A stretch of 60,308 nucleotides of DNA, counting the filler, from Trichosphaerium sp. ATCC 40318 (Eukaryota; Protista; Tubulinea): assembly GCA_038496445.1 (NCBI GenBank). It is 2 parts of 2 records of this genome, joined end to end, with 100 filler letters (N's around TTAATTAATTAA, not from the genome) between each part and the next. Parts side by side here need not be neighbours in the genome. Positions count along the whole stretch, not along the records: positions 1 to 29,768 come from JALMLS010000335.1; 1 more part is not named here. One strand, given 5' to 3'. Under the pieces are notes generated by a model. The model had not been told where the DNA came from. It worked only from the letters and a program-made list of their open reading frames with translations, and did no database searches. Position 1 is the stretch's first letter. Each line of letters opens with the position of its first letter. The position numbers and the translations under genes were made by a program. Shown piece by piece: positions 14,378 through 27,727 of this stretch.

Positions 14378-17300
14378 ATGACTAAGTTCAAAACAGTTAA
14401 GCTGGCTACAGCCAATATACGCGGCTTCAGTAATTTTGACATGGTGCGTGAGCTCTCGTACAACCTTAAGTGTAATATTTTATGTTCCACGGAAACAAAT
14501 TCTTTTCAGGAGCACAGACGCAAAACAATTTCAACAGATGAAGGTAGAGGTACAGGTGTGGCGTTAACAGCAATCAGAGGAAAAAATCCTGTTCTTATCA
14601 ATTCTTTGGATGGACGCATTCTTGTCGCTGAGGTGGAGTGTAATGGCGTCAAACTAAAGATAGCTACGATTTATGCTAAATCAAATAGTTCTAACCAATT
14701 TTGGCTTAAAGTATTCGAAGCAGTGGCAGAATGCGATATAATTACTGGTGACTTTAACTTGCGCATAGAGAATAAGAAGTCTTTAAAAACGTACGCATTA
14801 CTTCTTAATCTGGGATTCATAGATGCAGCTGTCAAATTTCATAAAGTGCTCCCTACACATGAAAAAGGTGGTAGACTGGATCTGCTTCTTGTCTCTAAAA
14901 CGCTAGCTACAAATTTAAAGTCATTCAAGATCCTAGAAATGCCTTTATTTGAGTTGGATCACTCAATTCTTCTAGCTACGTTTGAATTTGGTCCTCGTCT
15001 CCCTCGTCCTTTTCGTATTAATCCTGTTTTGTTTAAAGAGGTCTATAAAGACACTAAGATATGTGATTTGACCTTTGGACCCCTCCCAATAGACTATTTG
15101 CGTGACAAATTGGAACTGATGAATCGTTTCAAAAAAACTCAAACTAATCTTATATTTAAGAAAAATGCAAGAATAAACGTGTTGGCAGATGTCCTATCCA
15201 ACAAACACACAGCTACAGTCAAGGACCTTCTGGAATACAATAATCTTATCAGAGAAAAAAAGGAATTTACATGTGTCGCTGCCTCTCTGGATAAGGATAA
15301 ATATTATGAAATTCCATCAGCACAATTAACTAGATTGCTAAAAGGAAGAAATTCAGCCAGAGTTATAGAAGAACTTCGTTGTACCTGGAATGGTACATCA
15401 TCCAAAGATGTCAAAGCTATCTTATCTACAAGTGTTTGCTTTTACAAGCACCTATATGACGACCTGATTGTAGATGAGACCGTATTAAAACAAGTAAGCA
15501 ATTTATGGAATCCTAAAGTCTTTGTAGATCTCCAAAATAAATTAAACAGTAAGATTGAAGAAGAGGAGGTAGAAGAGGTAATAGATAAGATGCCAACGAA
15601 CAAAGCTCCAGGCCCGGATGGCCTTTCTGCGTGCGTCTATAAAACAATGAAGAATGTCTTTGTTCCCTCTTTAACACAGGGCTGAAACTCAGCTAGGCAT
15701 TGCCTTAAAAAATGATGCATATTCCTAACATTTGGCATTAGATGGCAAAATCAAGGCATTTGCATTTGGTAATGCCCAATAAAATAAGGCATTTTTACAA
15801 AAAGGCAATGCCTTCATCAAAAAGGCATTAAAACCAGGCATTTTTGGGCATCTTTTGGCATTGCATAAAATCAGGTAATGCCTTGTATTGCATTTTTTGG
15901 CATTGCATAAAATCAAGTAATGCCCTGTATTGCAAGTACTTTATGCCTTTATTATGCCTTATTTTTTTAAGCAATATATGCCTTGTATTTTAATTCATAT
16001 ATAAGGCATTGCCTATACTATATCATAGGACTGATCACATTAAGGAAGTGGTTTAAGGTAAGTAACAGTCAAACAACTTTTACACTTTTTTTTTCACATC
16101 ACCTACTGACGTTTTATATAGATAGGCACCTAGCGCTCTTAGTAATTCATGAAATTAGACGAAACCACCGCCAAACAAACCGCAGCACCCTATTTCACCT
16201 ACAACAGTAGTAGGAGTGAACTCCGCGATATTTCCAGGACCGCGGAATTCTAACACTACAAGGTAAGTTTTTTTTTTTTTTTTTCTACACCATCTCATAT
16301 TTTCTTTAAGGTTTTTTCAAATGCGGACTTAGGAGTTTTGTGTATTGTATGTGTACTGTATTATAAAATAAATAGTTGTGTTATTACCTGAAAATGCCCT
16401 GGTTTATTAGGCACTGTAGACTATGATAATGCTTTCTTTTTGCCTTCAAAATAAGGCATTGATGCATGAGTTATGCCCTAATTTGAAGGCATAATTCCTA
16501 AAAATATGCAGGCAAAACCATTGCAATCTTGTGTACCAGATGCAAGCATTTTTCATCAAATATGAGGCATTTTTGGAGCAAAAAATAAGGCATTGCCCTG
16601 TATTTGCCTTTTTGAATGAGGCAAAAACTAGGCATTTTTGTAAAAAATAAGGCAATATTTGATGAAAATGCCTAGGCATTGTCCAAAAATGCCTTGTTGA
16701 GTTTCAGCCCTGCATCTCTTTTCAATGACTTCATTCAACAAGGATGTGTGGATCAATTTTTATGTAAAGGTACCATTATTCCAATATTTAAGAAGGGTGA
16801 TCCTACATTAATGGCTAATTACAGACCTATAACTCTTACTAACGTTGATTATAAAATTTTAATGAAAGTTTTTTATAATCGTATGACTCCTATAATGTCC
16901 AAGGTTATTCTCAAAACTCAGAATGGATTTATTCCAGGCAGAGACATAGTAGATAACGTGATAGCAGCTTTGGAAGCCATAGCTTACAACAAAAAACACT
17001 CAAAATGGCTTAGGATGATAGCTTATGATTTCAAAAAAGCATTTGATTCATGCAGTCATACAGCGCTGAAACTTTTCCTAACAAAAATAGGATTCTCAAA
17101 AAAAATTGCTGATATGCTAGTTCAAGCACTTAAACTAGATGTACAAGTTAGGATTAACAACGTAGTTAGTGAGGAAACATTCTGCACTAAGAGAGGTACA
17201 GGACAGGGGAATCCTATCAGCCCATATTTTTTCGCCATTATGGTGGAACCTCTTAATTGGATCATCAATCACAAGGCTTATATTAAAGGAGCTGAGATGA

Positions 17301-18758
17301 GTATTGATAACTGGCTTAAGAACCTCTTCTTCGCTGATGATCTCTTGTTGTTAGCTAGTTCCGTAGATGATATAGATGAAATGAATTATTGGTTAACAAG
17401 ATATGGCAAAGCAACCGGTCTACAAATCAATGAGAAAAAGTGTTTTCAAGCAAATATTTCAGGTTTAGACGACGATAATAGTAAGGTCTTCGACACAGGT
17501 ACAAGTATTAGATACTTGGGTTTTACTCTTAGTGATGATGGACTGAATTTCGATTGGAATAGTGCGATACACAAGATAGCTCTACAACTCATCAAATGGA
17601 AACCGCTATGCAATACAATTCGCCAAAAAATTAATGTTTTTAAATCATATGCTCAGTCCCAACTAATCTACTTTACTAGACCACTTTCTATTCCTCCAAG
17701 TGCAACAGCTAAACTTATTAACGTCTGTAATTGGTTCTTGTGGGATGTGTCAAGAGTATATGATAAATACCGAAAGTATTCTCGCGTTTCCTGGTCGCAA
17801 CTCTCTCTCCCATACAAAAATGGTGGTTTTTCGTTAAGTTCCATATCTCAAATTAGTAACGCATTTAAAGCATCATTATGGGAACGTCACCTAACAACAG
17901 ACACACTGTACAAAACGGTATGGAATAATAAGTCAAATCTTAGTGAAGTTTGCAGAAAACAATTTGATTCTTTTAATGTGGTTCCAAATTCCAATTATAG
18001 AAAAGTTAAATTTTATTCTTTAATTTTAAGAAAAAGAATTATCCCTCGCCTTAAACCCCACTTCAGGAAAAACTACATCTTTAACTCATCCATACTCCTA
18101 CTACTAAATAAATTCAAGGGAGTCAGTTATATTAGAGACATTGTATGGAGATTTATTATGAGATGTCTTCCAGTTACATAAAAAAGATGCGTTTCCTCCA
18201 GAAAAGCATGAAGAAATTTTCTTTGATTGGGCAGTGCCTAGTAAAATAATGGAAGTAGTATTTGATTTGTTAACCTTTTGTAAACCAGATGAATCACTTA
18301 AGATCTTTTTAGATAAATGCAAGACAGTACATCATTTGTTAGAAATTGGAATTATACTAGCATTAACCTGGATAATACGTAATGACATTAAGCATGGTGT
18401 TCCAGCAAATAAGTGGTTGGCAGGACAACAAATCAGATACAAGTTTATAAATTGGATGATTATTGCCATGTACAACGGAACAGTCAAAAATATAGATTGG
18501 ATGTACAAAAGTGAAACGACTAGTAGATGGACAACTGATAGATACAAATGTCATGTTCAGATGGACTATAAGGATGTATTATCAGAACAAAACAGCTTAC
18601 GAAGATTACAGATGAATACACCAGCGTTTGTCGTGGGTAGTGGAATAGATGAAATATTACCTGATGGTACTATAATTTTAAGTAAATTTTTACAACCTAC
18701 TAACGATAGAAGAATATCAAAACCAGTTCATAGATTAGGTTCTGTTTATAATCAATAG
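14378..18758 (+). pseudogene. LINE ORF2: AP endonuclease + reverse transcriptase + C-terminal domain; split by an insertion and a frameshift
   Basis: APE motifs NIRG, TET, TGDFN, RLD, LDH; linker KAPGPDG; RT motifs YRPITLTNVDYKI, QNGF, DFKKAFD, GTGQGNPISP, FADD, YLG. Removing 15677-16714 restores VPSLT-SLFNDF. A frameshift near 18180 leads into EKHEEIFFD. Confidence 0.92.
15677..16712. mobile_element. Non-autonomous TIR DNA transposon (CMC/CACTA-like by 2-bp TSD and subterminal repeats)
   Basis: 15-bp perfect TIR CAGGGCTGAAACTCA/TGAGTTTCAGCCCTG; CA duplicated at 15675-76 and 16713-14; many AGGCAT/ATGCCT subterminal motifs at both ends. Precise removal restores the ORF2 frame. Confidence 0.9.
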
Positions 18759-19124
18759 TTTTAAGGTCGCGTTCCCTCCTAATTTGCTTCGCAAATTTGG
18801 AGCCGTTTGCGCTCCCTATACTGAGGCACCGCACCTAGTGTGTAGTCCTTAATTTAATATTATTCTTTTCTTTCTTGGGGGGGAATTTAATTCCCCCCCA
18901 ACCCCCCTTTTTTTCTTTCTTTTTCTCTTTCCGTTTAATCATTTTCTTATTCACACCTAATGATTTTATCTATATATTGAGTCAGTATACTGTTGAGAAG
19001 GAACTTATTGCACAATGAATTTATTTTTAAATTTATCTAAATTATGTAACCAATACAATGTAACAAATCTATATGTAATAAAGTAGGCGCTAGCGCGCTG
19101 CCTCTTATTCTAAAAAAAAAAAAA

Positions 19125-19260
19125 AACAGCTCCTCCTACAATTCAGTATAAAACGCCTGTTTGGGTAATACCTATTGTTGTTGTCATGGGAGTATTACTT
19201 GTCATCCTTGTTGCAGCACTTGGCGTAGCTCTTTTCAAGTTATTCGGGAGATCAAAGTAC
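19125..19260 (+). pseudogene. 3' part (transmembrane exon) of the LINE-disrupted mucin-TM gene
   Basis: Directly after the TSD the frame reads TAPPTIQYKTPVWVIPIVVVMGVLLVILVAALGVALFKLFGRSK. Confidence 0.65.
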
Positions 19261-19480
19261 ACAACTGTTTAATAAACGTGTTTCTTAAAAAAGTGTTTTC
19301 AATTTCGATAGCTCAAAGTTGTTCATATTCTATAAATTCTATAATGGTTTACAATACAGTCGCCCGTAAGTACGTTGGTTACATGTATAAATGTGGCAAT
19401 TCTCCACCTTGACGTGTAAATGTGATTCAATCCGTTGATGTATGCCTTAACTTATCAATAGAAAGCAACGATAAATACTA

Positions 19481-22400
19481 ATGGCACTATTTGGAGTCTC
19501 TAGAATGCTTATGCAGGGCATAAGCACCCAAACTTTCTACATAGATGACGTAAAGAAAGATTTCGATATCAGCGACGAAGAAGAGTTTATAGAAGGTACG
19601 TAACTCTCCTACACCAATGCGGAAATGAATCAAAACATTGAACGATCACGTGACCACTTTTAAGCGCGTAAAACGGTAGCTTGTCGCGTGTTAATCCCTT
19701 TTTTTTTTCTACAACAGAATTCGCTTGTACTTTATGGCGTCATGGACTTGGTGATGTTACTGGCTCATTTTTATTGTTTGTGAACCATTGTATCTTCTAT
19801 GGACGCGTAGGCGGTGCTTTACCAATACAAGTACGTTAAAAACCACTTCAGCGCTGTTGACACGTGAAGTGAAGAGTTTTTTGGGGGTTTTTGCGGGATT
19901 GTATTCTAAATCCTTTTCTAGGTGTGTATCGCTTTGGGTGAGATAGATGAAATCACCAAGGGCACAACATTGTTTGGTTCACCTACTGTTATGAATATAA
20001 ATGTCGTTTGTGGATACGTGGTACAGTAACAACCTATTGTGATTGTATTAAAGTGAGGTAACACGTACTCTTTAGTATAAGTTCTGCTTTAGTGGTGGAA
20101 AAAGAAATAATGCACATGACGTTTTGTACGTTTTAGTTCCTACTTCTATTTGTTTTTTGGATGCTCTTCACGTGCGCTTATGATTTGTACAAAAGAGAAT
20201 TTCTTTGGAAGCGTGAGTGCGGAGATGAAGAAGCAATAAAGGCAGATCTTCATGTAGAAATAGGAAGAAACCTGGTACAAGCCATCAAACAAGTTCGAAA
20301 AAAATTAACTCTTCAATAATAGCATCCAAAACATCAACCTGAACTACAAAGACACTTTCATGGTCAAGTTGGTCGTACTGAAGTTGTTTTACACAGTAAG
20401 TAGTATGGTAAACTAAGGCATTAGTATAAATGTTGCGCAGGCTTTAGAAGTGCGATGCAGAGTACTGTTTTAAGAAGTGGAAGGTTATATGTCACACAAC
20501 ATAATATTTGTTTCAATTGTTCCATTCCTCTATTGAAAGTATCGGTATGCTCACATAAGAATATCACTGTGTTCTTATTTTATCCGAATAGGAAGTCATC
20601 AAACTGAGAGATATTACTAGAATAGAAAAAGGCAATACAAGTGTCAGAATACTGACGAAAACTAAAAAAGAGGTTGGCATACCTCTTTTTTTTTTTTTGC
20701 TTTGTTTCGTACTTAGCGACAGCCTATTAATTAATTTCAGGGATATTACTTCTCTATGATGGGTAACAGAGATGCTGCGTTCTTTCAACTACGACGTGTT
20801 TGGTTGAAAGCGATGGTAGCTAACTAGGAATTTAATACAAAGCTTAAGCTGTTTTTTTTTTTAAGCATTTGGTCGCTCTTTCTGACTAGTCTTCGTTAGG
20901 TTAATGTATTCCCGCCACCAAAATATCCTGGAGGTATACTTGTAATATTGACACTGTGTATTAATTGTCTACTTAGCTAGAGAAGCTGAGCTGGTTCAGT
21001 TGTGGAAGCAATTTTCAAAACTTGATACTGAATCTAGTGGGATGGTTTCAAGAGAAAACTTTGTTAAACGAATATCAGATGTTGTACATGACGACTTTAT
21101 GGTGAGTTTATTATAACCAATCGAGCGTCCTTTGAATAAAGTATCACCATATCCGTTGGTGGAAGGAAATTTGAACACTGAACTTCTTTCAAACTAACTT
21201 TTTTTGATTTAGGCTGACGCTCTGTTTAACGCCTTTGATAAAGATAATAACAACACAATAGAGTTTTCAGAGTTTCTTCGTGGTATGCGTGTCATGAATA
21301 AAGGAAATGCTATACAGAAACTAGAACGTGCGTCTCAAAAAAAAATTCTCAAAACTAACAATAAAACCAACAAAGTCTCGTTCATGATGTATGATGAGAA
21401 CAACGATAGTTTCATCACTGTATCTGATTTGATTCGAGTGCATACGAGACTTGATACAGAAAAAAACGGCACGTGCTGTTTATAAAAATCACGTGAATAC
21501 GTGTGTATGCATGAATAAAAGAATGCTAAGTTTGCTTTGATAGGTGCCATTGAAGCAAAAATGTATGATGCGTTTGCAAAGATTGCTTCAGATGGAAGCA
21601 AAAAAGTTAATCAAGAAACGTTCACAAAAGGTTTCTAAACATCCCATGTTAGCACACAAACCTCGCTGATAATATACTAGGGGTTGTAGATAACCCAGAT
21701 GTCCAAGAAGCGCTCGGACTAACAGATGTATTAAAACCTGGATCCGCTTTATCTCAGAAGACAGGTGTTATTGCATTAGAACCTGGTATAAAGAAAACAA
21801 TTCTACTTGGTATCGAAAAAGCTGTTCAAAGAGCACAAACTTTTTCAACAGCGAAACCTGTTGACTTTGAAGCTGAGAGTGAAGGCATTCAAACAAAATT
21901 CGAATGGTACTTGTTTTTATGCCAACAACTTTAAGGGCCTTTCCAGCATACAGTTGTATACTTACAGCAATTAATTAGTAGTTCTGAAACTTATGCAATA
22001 ACAGATTGGGCTCCTAGACTATTCAGGAGTACGGATTTTTCTTTCAGACGAAAATTTTTGTTTTACAAACTTGGGGTTTTTTGATCTCGTTTGATAGGAA
22101 TCCGAGAACAATTTGGTGTAACAGATGAGCTTTATTTAAAATCACTTGGACATCAACAGCTTGCTAAAAATGTACTTTGTGGCGCATGGACCCTATTGAA
22201 AGGTAGTGCTACTTCAGGCAGATCAGGGTACGCGGTGTAAATACCTATCAAGGAAAACAAAGATTTCTAGTCAGTCTTGATTAATTGCTGTTTATAGGGC
22301 GTTTTTCTTGAGGTCTTTTGATTCTCAGTTCCTTATAAAGTCATGTTCTCCTGCAGAATACACATTCCTTCAAGAAATACTTCCAGAGTACTACAAGGTA

Positions 22401-23303
22401 TTTAAAATATCACAATTTCCTTGCAAACCATCTCAATCAATTTCTTTTTAGCATTTAAAAACAAACCCAGATACTCTCATTGCACGGTTCTATCAGTTAG
22501 CTATCCTCAAGGAGCCGAGTGGTAAAGACCTATACTTTGTTGTAATGGAAAATATTCTTCCAAATGGTAAAGTAGAGGCTCTATATGATCTGAAGGGATC
22601 TACTGTTGGAAGATCTACTCCAGCCGCAAACAGGTATTCTGATTTTTTTCTCAACATATGCAGAAGTTATTTGACTTTTGTTGTAGGAAACCCGGTATGG
22701 CTCTTAAAGACTTGGATTTTATGTCTTCAAAAGCGGCTGTTAAAGTATCACCTGATATTAAACAAGCGTTGTACGCCCAAATAGAAAAAGATGCTTCTTT
22801 TCTTGCAAAACAAAATATTATTGATTACTCTATGCTTCTTGGAATAAGCATGAAACGAAGTACGTAGCCGTATTAGCCTGCTGAAAATTCTTCCATTCAA
22901 ACGAATGATTGATAGCAAATTTTTTTACTTACTATGGCACATAGAGAACGTTGTTGAACTGTCACCAGCAGAACTGAGGTTTGTTCTTTTTTTCATTAAT
23001 AGAAAAACGAAAAACCGATTTACTCATGATTAGGCGTTCTAAGAGTGTTTACAAGAGAGTTGGCGGAGGCCTAGAGTCAACAGATGGGAAAGAAGTTTAC
23101 TACTTTGGCATCATTGATATCTTAATACCTTGGGGATTCGCTAAAAAGTCAGAACATGCTCTAAAGGCAATTGTCTACGATAAGGTAATTAATGAGTCAC
23201 GTGCAATCCTCTCATTTATTTTTAGGACGGAATAAGTGTAACAGAACCTAGTGTGTACAAAGGCAGGTTTGTAGAGTTCATGACAAAGACTGTATTCAAG
23301 TAA
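19481..23303 (+). CDS. Phosphatidylinositol-phosphate kinase (PIP5K family) with two GRAM-like domains and NCS-type EF-hands
   Basis: GRAM-like EFACTLW..GSFLLFVNHCIF and RSGRLYVTQHNICF; EF-hands FDKDNNNTIEFSEF and YDENNDSFITVSDL; PIPK motifs DWAPRLF, GRSGAFF, YDLKGS, LKDLDF, IDYSMLLGI, GIIDIL, YKGRF. Stop TAA at 23301. Confidence 0.85.
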
Positions 23304-23620
23304 AAACAACTTTACTTAACGTCTAGTTCGTTTAGTTTTAGACACTAAATCCTCATGTTTTATTCAGCTAACTTATGAACTTCTATTGTATGGGAGGTGC
23401 TATCATTAGGCCTACAATGATGACCTTTCATAACGATACGCAAGTCAACTCATGAGTCAAAATCATTTACACAATAATTATACATTACCGAATCTCTTCG
23501 TAGTACCAGGAAAGGTAATGGAACAAAGATGACGGGCCGAAAAGGTCTACTTTCTATCGTTTTGTTCGTAAAAAAGATTGACATGCGAAACAAAATGACA
23601 TTATATATGACCCCTAACTT

Positions 23621-24135
23621 CTACTGAGCATGTTCTTTTCCTTCTGGAACCTTAGCTGTATGCTCTTCTTTATCATTCTCTGATGATGGCTCTTCACTGT
23701 ACACTGAAGAAAACCTTGACGCTTATTTTAGTAATCGTTTGGTTAAAGAATTGTACAATTGGCTTAAAAAACGTCTCAGTAGCGTACCATAACATTGATA
23801 CCATCAAACACGCTGCCAAACCGAGAAAAATAAAGATATGTACAGATTCTGATGTAGAAAAGTTTGAATTATCTGACAGCAAGCCCTTGTAGCGATGTTA
23901 GACATTTTTACGGCGATTGCGACGTACGAAATACACTAAGGATGCCACAAACCCAATAACACTGAATAACGCTACAACAATCACCACTGTAATAGCTAGA
24001 GGGAAGCTACCAGACTCAAGGATACTCTTACATGCGGATTGTTACAATTTGTACATAAAATGATTAAAACGTGCTTACACCGACTATGGCCTCTAGAAAA
24101 CCTCGGTTTTTATCTTTTTTTGTAGTTGTGGCCAT
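23621..24135 (-). CDS. Pkr1-like small ER membrane protein (V-ATPase assembly factor)
   Basis: FLEAIVESILESGSFPLAITV-TM1 ... VHIFIFLGLAACLMVSMLWYATE-TM2 plus an acidic tail, resembling yeast Pkr1 (recalled similarity). Confidence 0.6.
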
Positions 24136-24246
24136 TCTAATAAGTTTCAGGAATATTTTGTCGCTTATTTTCGCCATAAGGCATACAATGTGCAAAAATA
24201 GTCTGTATTGCAGGCGTTGGTAGACCAGTTAAATTAGATTAGGCGT

Positions 24247-27200
24247 ATGGCAGAGCCTCTACCTGTAAGAGAGGACAAACGTAAAAAAAAGCAAGCAAAG
24301 TCTAAAGGTATGTATAAACGGTGATGCCATAGAGCAGTAGACGCTAAAACGGACACTTTGATCTTGTTACTCCGCAATTTTTAGCATAATTCATTGTTTG
24401 TCTTATTTACATGTTTCTAGGCGGCTCCCCACAGTTCAACATCAGTCTAAAAGGTAAATTCCAAAATACAACGTAAAACTCATGTAAGGAAGGTTTGTCA
24501 CCAAAGGACAAGCGGAGGAGGGAAGCAAAGAGCAAAAAAAGCCAGCGGGATGAACGCTTAATAAGCTCACGAAGTGAATCTAACCTATAGTACGCTTGTC
24601 AAGCCCGCCGTTGTGCGACTAGATACAATGAATCTTTACCAACTAATGTCATTTCAGCAAGCGGAGAGTGGTTAAGGCGCCGCAAATAAAGCATCAGCGA
24701 TCTAAATCGGCAACATTTAACGGTTCTTCGCGATTACGAGCTAAAGGTCGCACATCGTCAAAAGGAGAACCAAAATCAGCGCGTGGTGCGTAGGGTTTTG
24801 TTCTACTTGAGTTTTGCGCTGATCATCAAGCTGTTTTCTTTTTGGTGAATTACTAACATTTGTTTGTAAAGAGGAAAGTACTCGTGTCAAGCCGAAGAAA
24901 AAAGCTAAGATCGGTTCACCTTATAATGCACAACACAACCTTCATGTTCGTAAAGGAGAGAAAGGTCTAGAAGGATTACCACCTGTGTGGGTCACAATTT
25001 TAAAGGCAAGGTTTTAAACCTTTTTTTGCAAAGTTATTTTTTTTTCTCATCGCCATGTACCTTTTTATGACTTTTTTTACTTTGGTGTTTTTTAATGAAA
25101 GTTGGATTAATTATTCAATAGGGTCTGGGTTACTCTGACGATCAAATATCTGAGAATTCAGAAGAAATTAGAGATGTCATTAATTTTCAAGATACAAGAA
25201 ACTTACGTGCTTCTTCTTCATCCACAGCTTCTCTACCGGAGTCATCTCCTAAACAAAATAATATTCTATGTACGCAAATATTTATAACTTCCTTCTGGGT
25301 GGTAGTCAAAAGAAGGCAGCCAAATCAATTTAGAAAATATAAGTTTGCATAAGGTGGAAAGAAAACGTTTCTAAATAACTATATAGGGAATCACATTGAT
25401 AGTATGTGCTTGGATCCAAAAGATTTATATACAATGGACACCGTCATAGGTATGTAGAAAAACTTGAAGTATTTACAATGATATGCACAAAGCTCTAAAG
25501 TCTCGTAATTTTCTACCATTTTCTCGGTATTGAATTATAATTTTCCTGGATATTGTATTCTGCGCATTGCGAATACTCGGCATTAACGTGCAAAATATCA
25601 TCAACTTGTAAGACAACGTACAAGAAATGTACAGTGAGGTTTTCGCCAAAGTAACTGGTTTTTGATTGTTTTTTTTTTGTGGTCAACTACTGTCATTGTT
25701 TCGTTCTAACAACTGTTTATGTAATAGGTGAGGGCTCTGAAGGTGTTATATATAGCGGTAAAGATCGTATATCAAACAAAGAAGTTGCTATTAAAAGCAT
25801 GAATCTTAAAGAAAATGAGCTTGATCGTACAGCTCAAGAACTTCATATTATGAAGACGTGCAACCATGAAAATATTGTAGAATTTTATAGAGCATATTAT
25901 TGGGATGGTAGGCTATATATTATACTTGAATATATGGATGGTGGTAGCCTTGCTCATTTACTTCAATATCATAAGAAATTTCCTTTTTTAGAGCGTCAAA
26001 TACAGTTTGTATGCTTTAATGTTCTTAATGGATTACGTTATTTACATAAACATCATCGTATGCATAGAGATATAAAGAGCGATAATGTTCTTTTAAATAC
26101 TAAAGGTGCTGTGAAAATCGGAGATTTCGGTTTTTGTGCACAGTTAACTGAAGTTCAACAAAAAAGGAATACAGGAAGTGGAACACCTTACTGGGTACGG
26201 CAATATTGTTTTTTATAAAATCTTTATTTATTCTTTTCAATATCCCTGATTATTGATTTTAGATGGCACCAGAGAGTAAGTGTAGAACGACAACGACATT
26301 AGTTTTCTTTTTTTTTCAGGCTGTTTTTTTTTTTGACATTTTGATTTTTTTGTGGCTTCTGTTTGTCGTCTTGGTGGTAAAATAGAAATATTGATTACTC
26401 ATATACATGTAGTTATACGTGGTAAGAAGTACGGAACCAAAATTGATATTTGGAGTCTTGGTAAGGCTAGCTTTTTTTTTTTGTTGTAAAGTTTCTAATC
26501 TTGTTTTTTTCAATAGGTATACTCTTGATGGAGATGGCTGAGGGTTTACCTCCTTATTTTGACATGGCAGAGTTTGATGCTCTGTTGTATATTAGAAAAC
26601 ATGGCGCACCAGAACTAAAACAGCCATCACAATGGTCAGATGCTTTCAAGGTACGAGAAACTTGTATTTACTAGTTTTATTTCAGTTTTCCAAGTTTACT
26701 ACATTCTGGCATTCTATGCGCTTTGTGTTAGATATCATTCTTTCAGTTTCTTTGTATTTGTATTTAACACGTTTTTCTTGAAGGGGTTTTTAGCATTGTG
26801 TATAACAAAGAATCCTGCTTCACGTGGTACTAGTAGTGAACTATTACAACATCGTTGGATGACTGTGCAGGCTCTAGATGCCAATCAAAGGCGTATTGTA
26901 CCTATAATAGATGCTATAAAAGCACATAAGGAGAATGAAGTCATAGCACTAAAAGCTAGAGCGGTACGCCATTTTTTTTGATTGAATCAAATTCTCAAAA
27001 AAAATTCTTGAAAAAAAAAGGTAACCAACAATTCTACTCTTGTGCTCTCTCTTGAAGTAACACAAACCAATTATTTTACAACAATAGAGTAATACCAAGC
27101 GTGTTGCTTTGTGCAAATTCTTTTAAGTAATGTAGCCAAACAGGGGTTTTTTGAAATCCTTTAAAAAAAAATTCAGAAATATAGTATCGCTAAGATGACT

Positions 27201-27352
27201 TTTAGGCTCAGCATCTTGTTGATATTGGTATAAACATAGCTGCATCAAAAAAAGATAATAATTCCTCACCTAAATCACGTAGTGGTAACTCAAGAGGAAA
27301 GAAACGAGATCACCATCATCATAAAAAAGTAACAATAGCAGATGAATCCTAA
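24247..27352 (+). CDS. PAK/STE20-family kinase with CRIB domain (3' end either 26981 or 27352)
   Basis: CRIB IGSPYNAQHNLHV..GLEGLPPVW; kinase motifs GEGSEG, VAIK, HRDIKSDNVLL, DFG, GTPYWMAPE, DIWSLG, EMAEGLPPY. Confidence 0.9.
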
Positions 27353-27727
27353 AGATGCACAAAAATTACTAGTATCCTTGTGAATAAAAACACTAGTGGA
27401 GAAGGTGGCATTGGCTTGTGTTTTGAAGCTTTCTTTTAACTTAAGAGCAATGAATCCTATTCAACCAAATTTTCACTGTTCCAATATGAGCACGCGAAAA
27501 ACGGACCAGTTTTCTCTTGCTTGGTCAGACAAACAATAAGAAAACTCGCTATTTTTAGCTAGGTCAACTGTATACTAAATTTGTAATAAAGTTTGACCTT
27601 CACGTGAATGCAGAAACTATTATGTGTACGCAACAAGCTCCTAGATTTTTTTTTACACTTGGTGTACCGAGGACGAACATATACGTTCACACTTCCTTTG
27701 ACTTTTTATTGTTCGTGGTGTCGCAAT

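Larger units (their letters stand above)
12539..19124 (+). mobile_element. Full-length non-LTR retrotransposon (L1/Tx1-like, APE-RT), inactivated
   Basis: 5' UTR, ORF1, ~220-bp spacer, ORF2 (APE + RT), 3' UTR and poly(A) at 19112-19124. 7-bp TSD aacagct at 12532-12538 and 19125-19131. The ORFs are intronless, unlike the host genes. Confidence 0.92.

Noticed and set aside
16207-16259. Hairpin as a Fanzor/TnpB omega-RNA
   Set aside because: No RuvC/TnpB-like ORF was recognised in the window, and the hairpin is central rather than at the element end.
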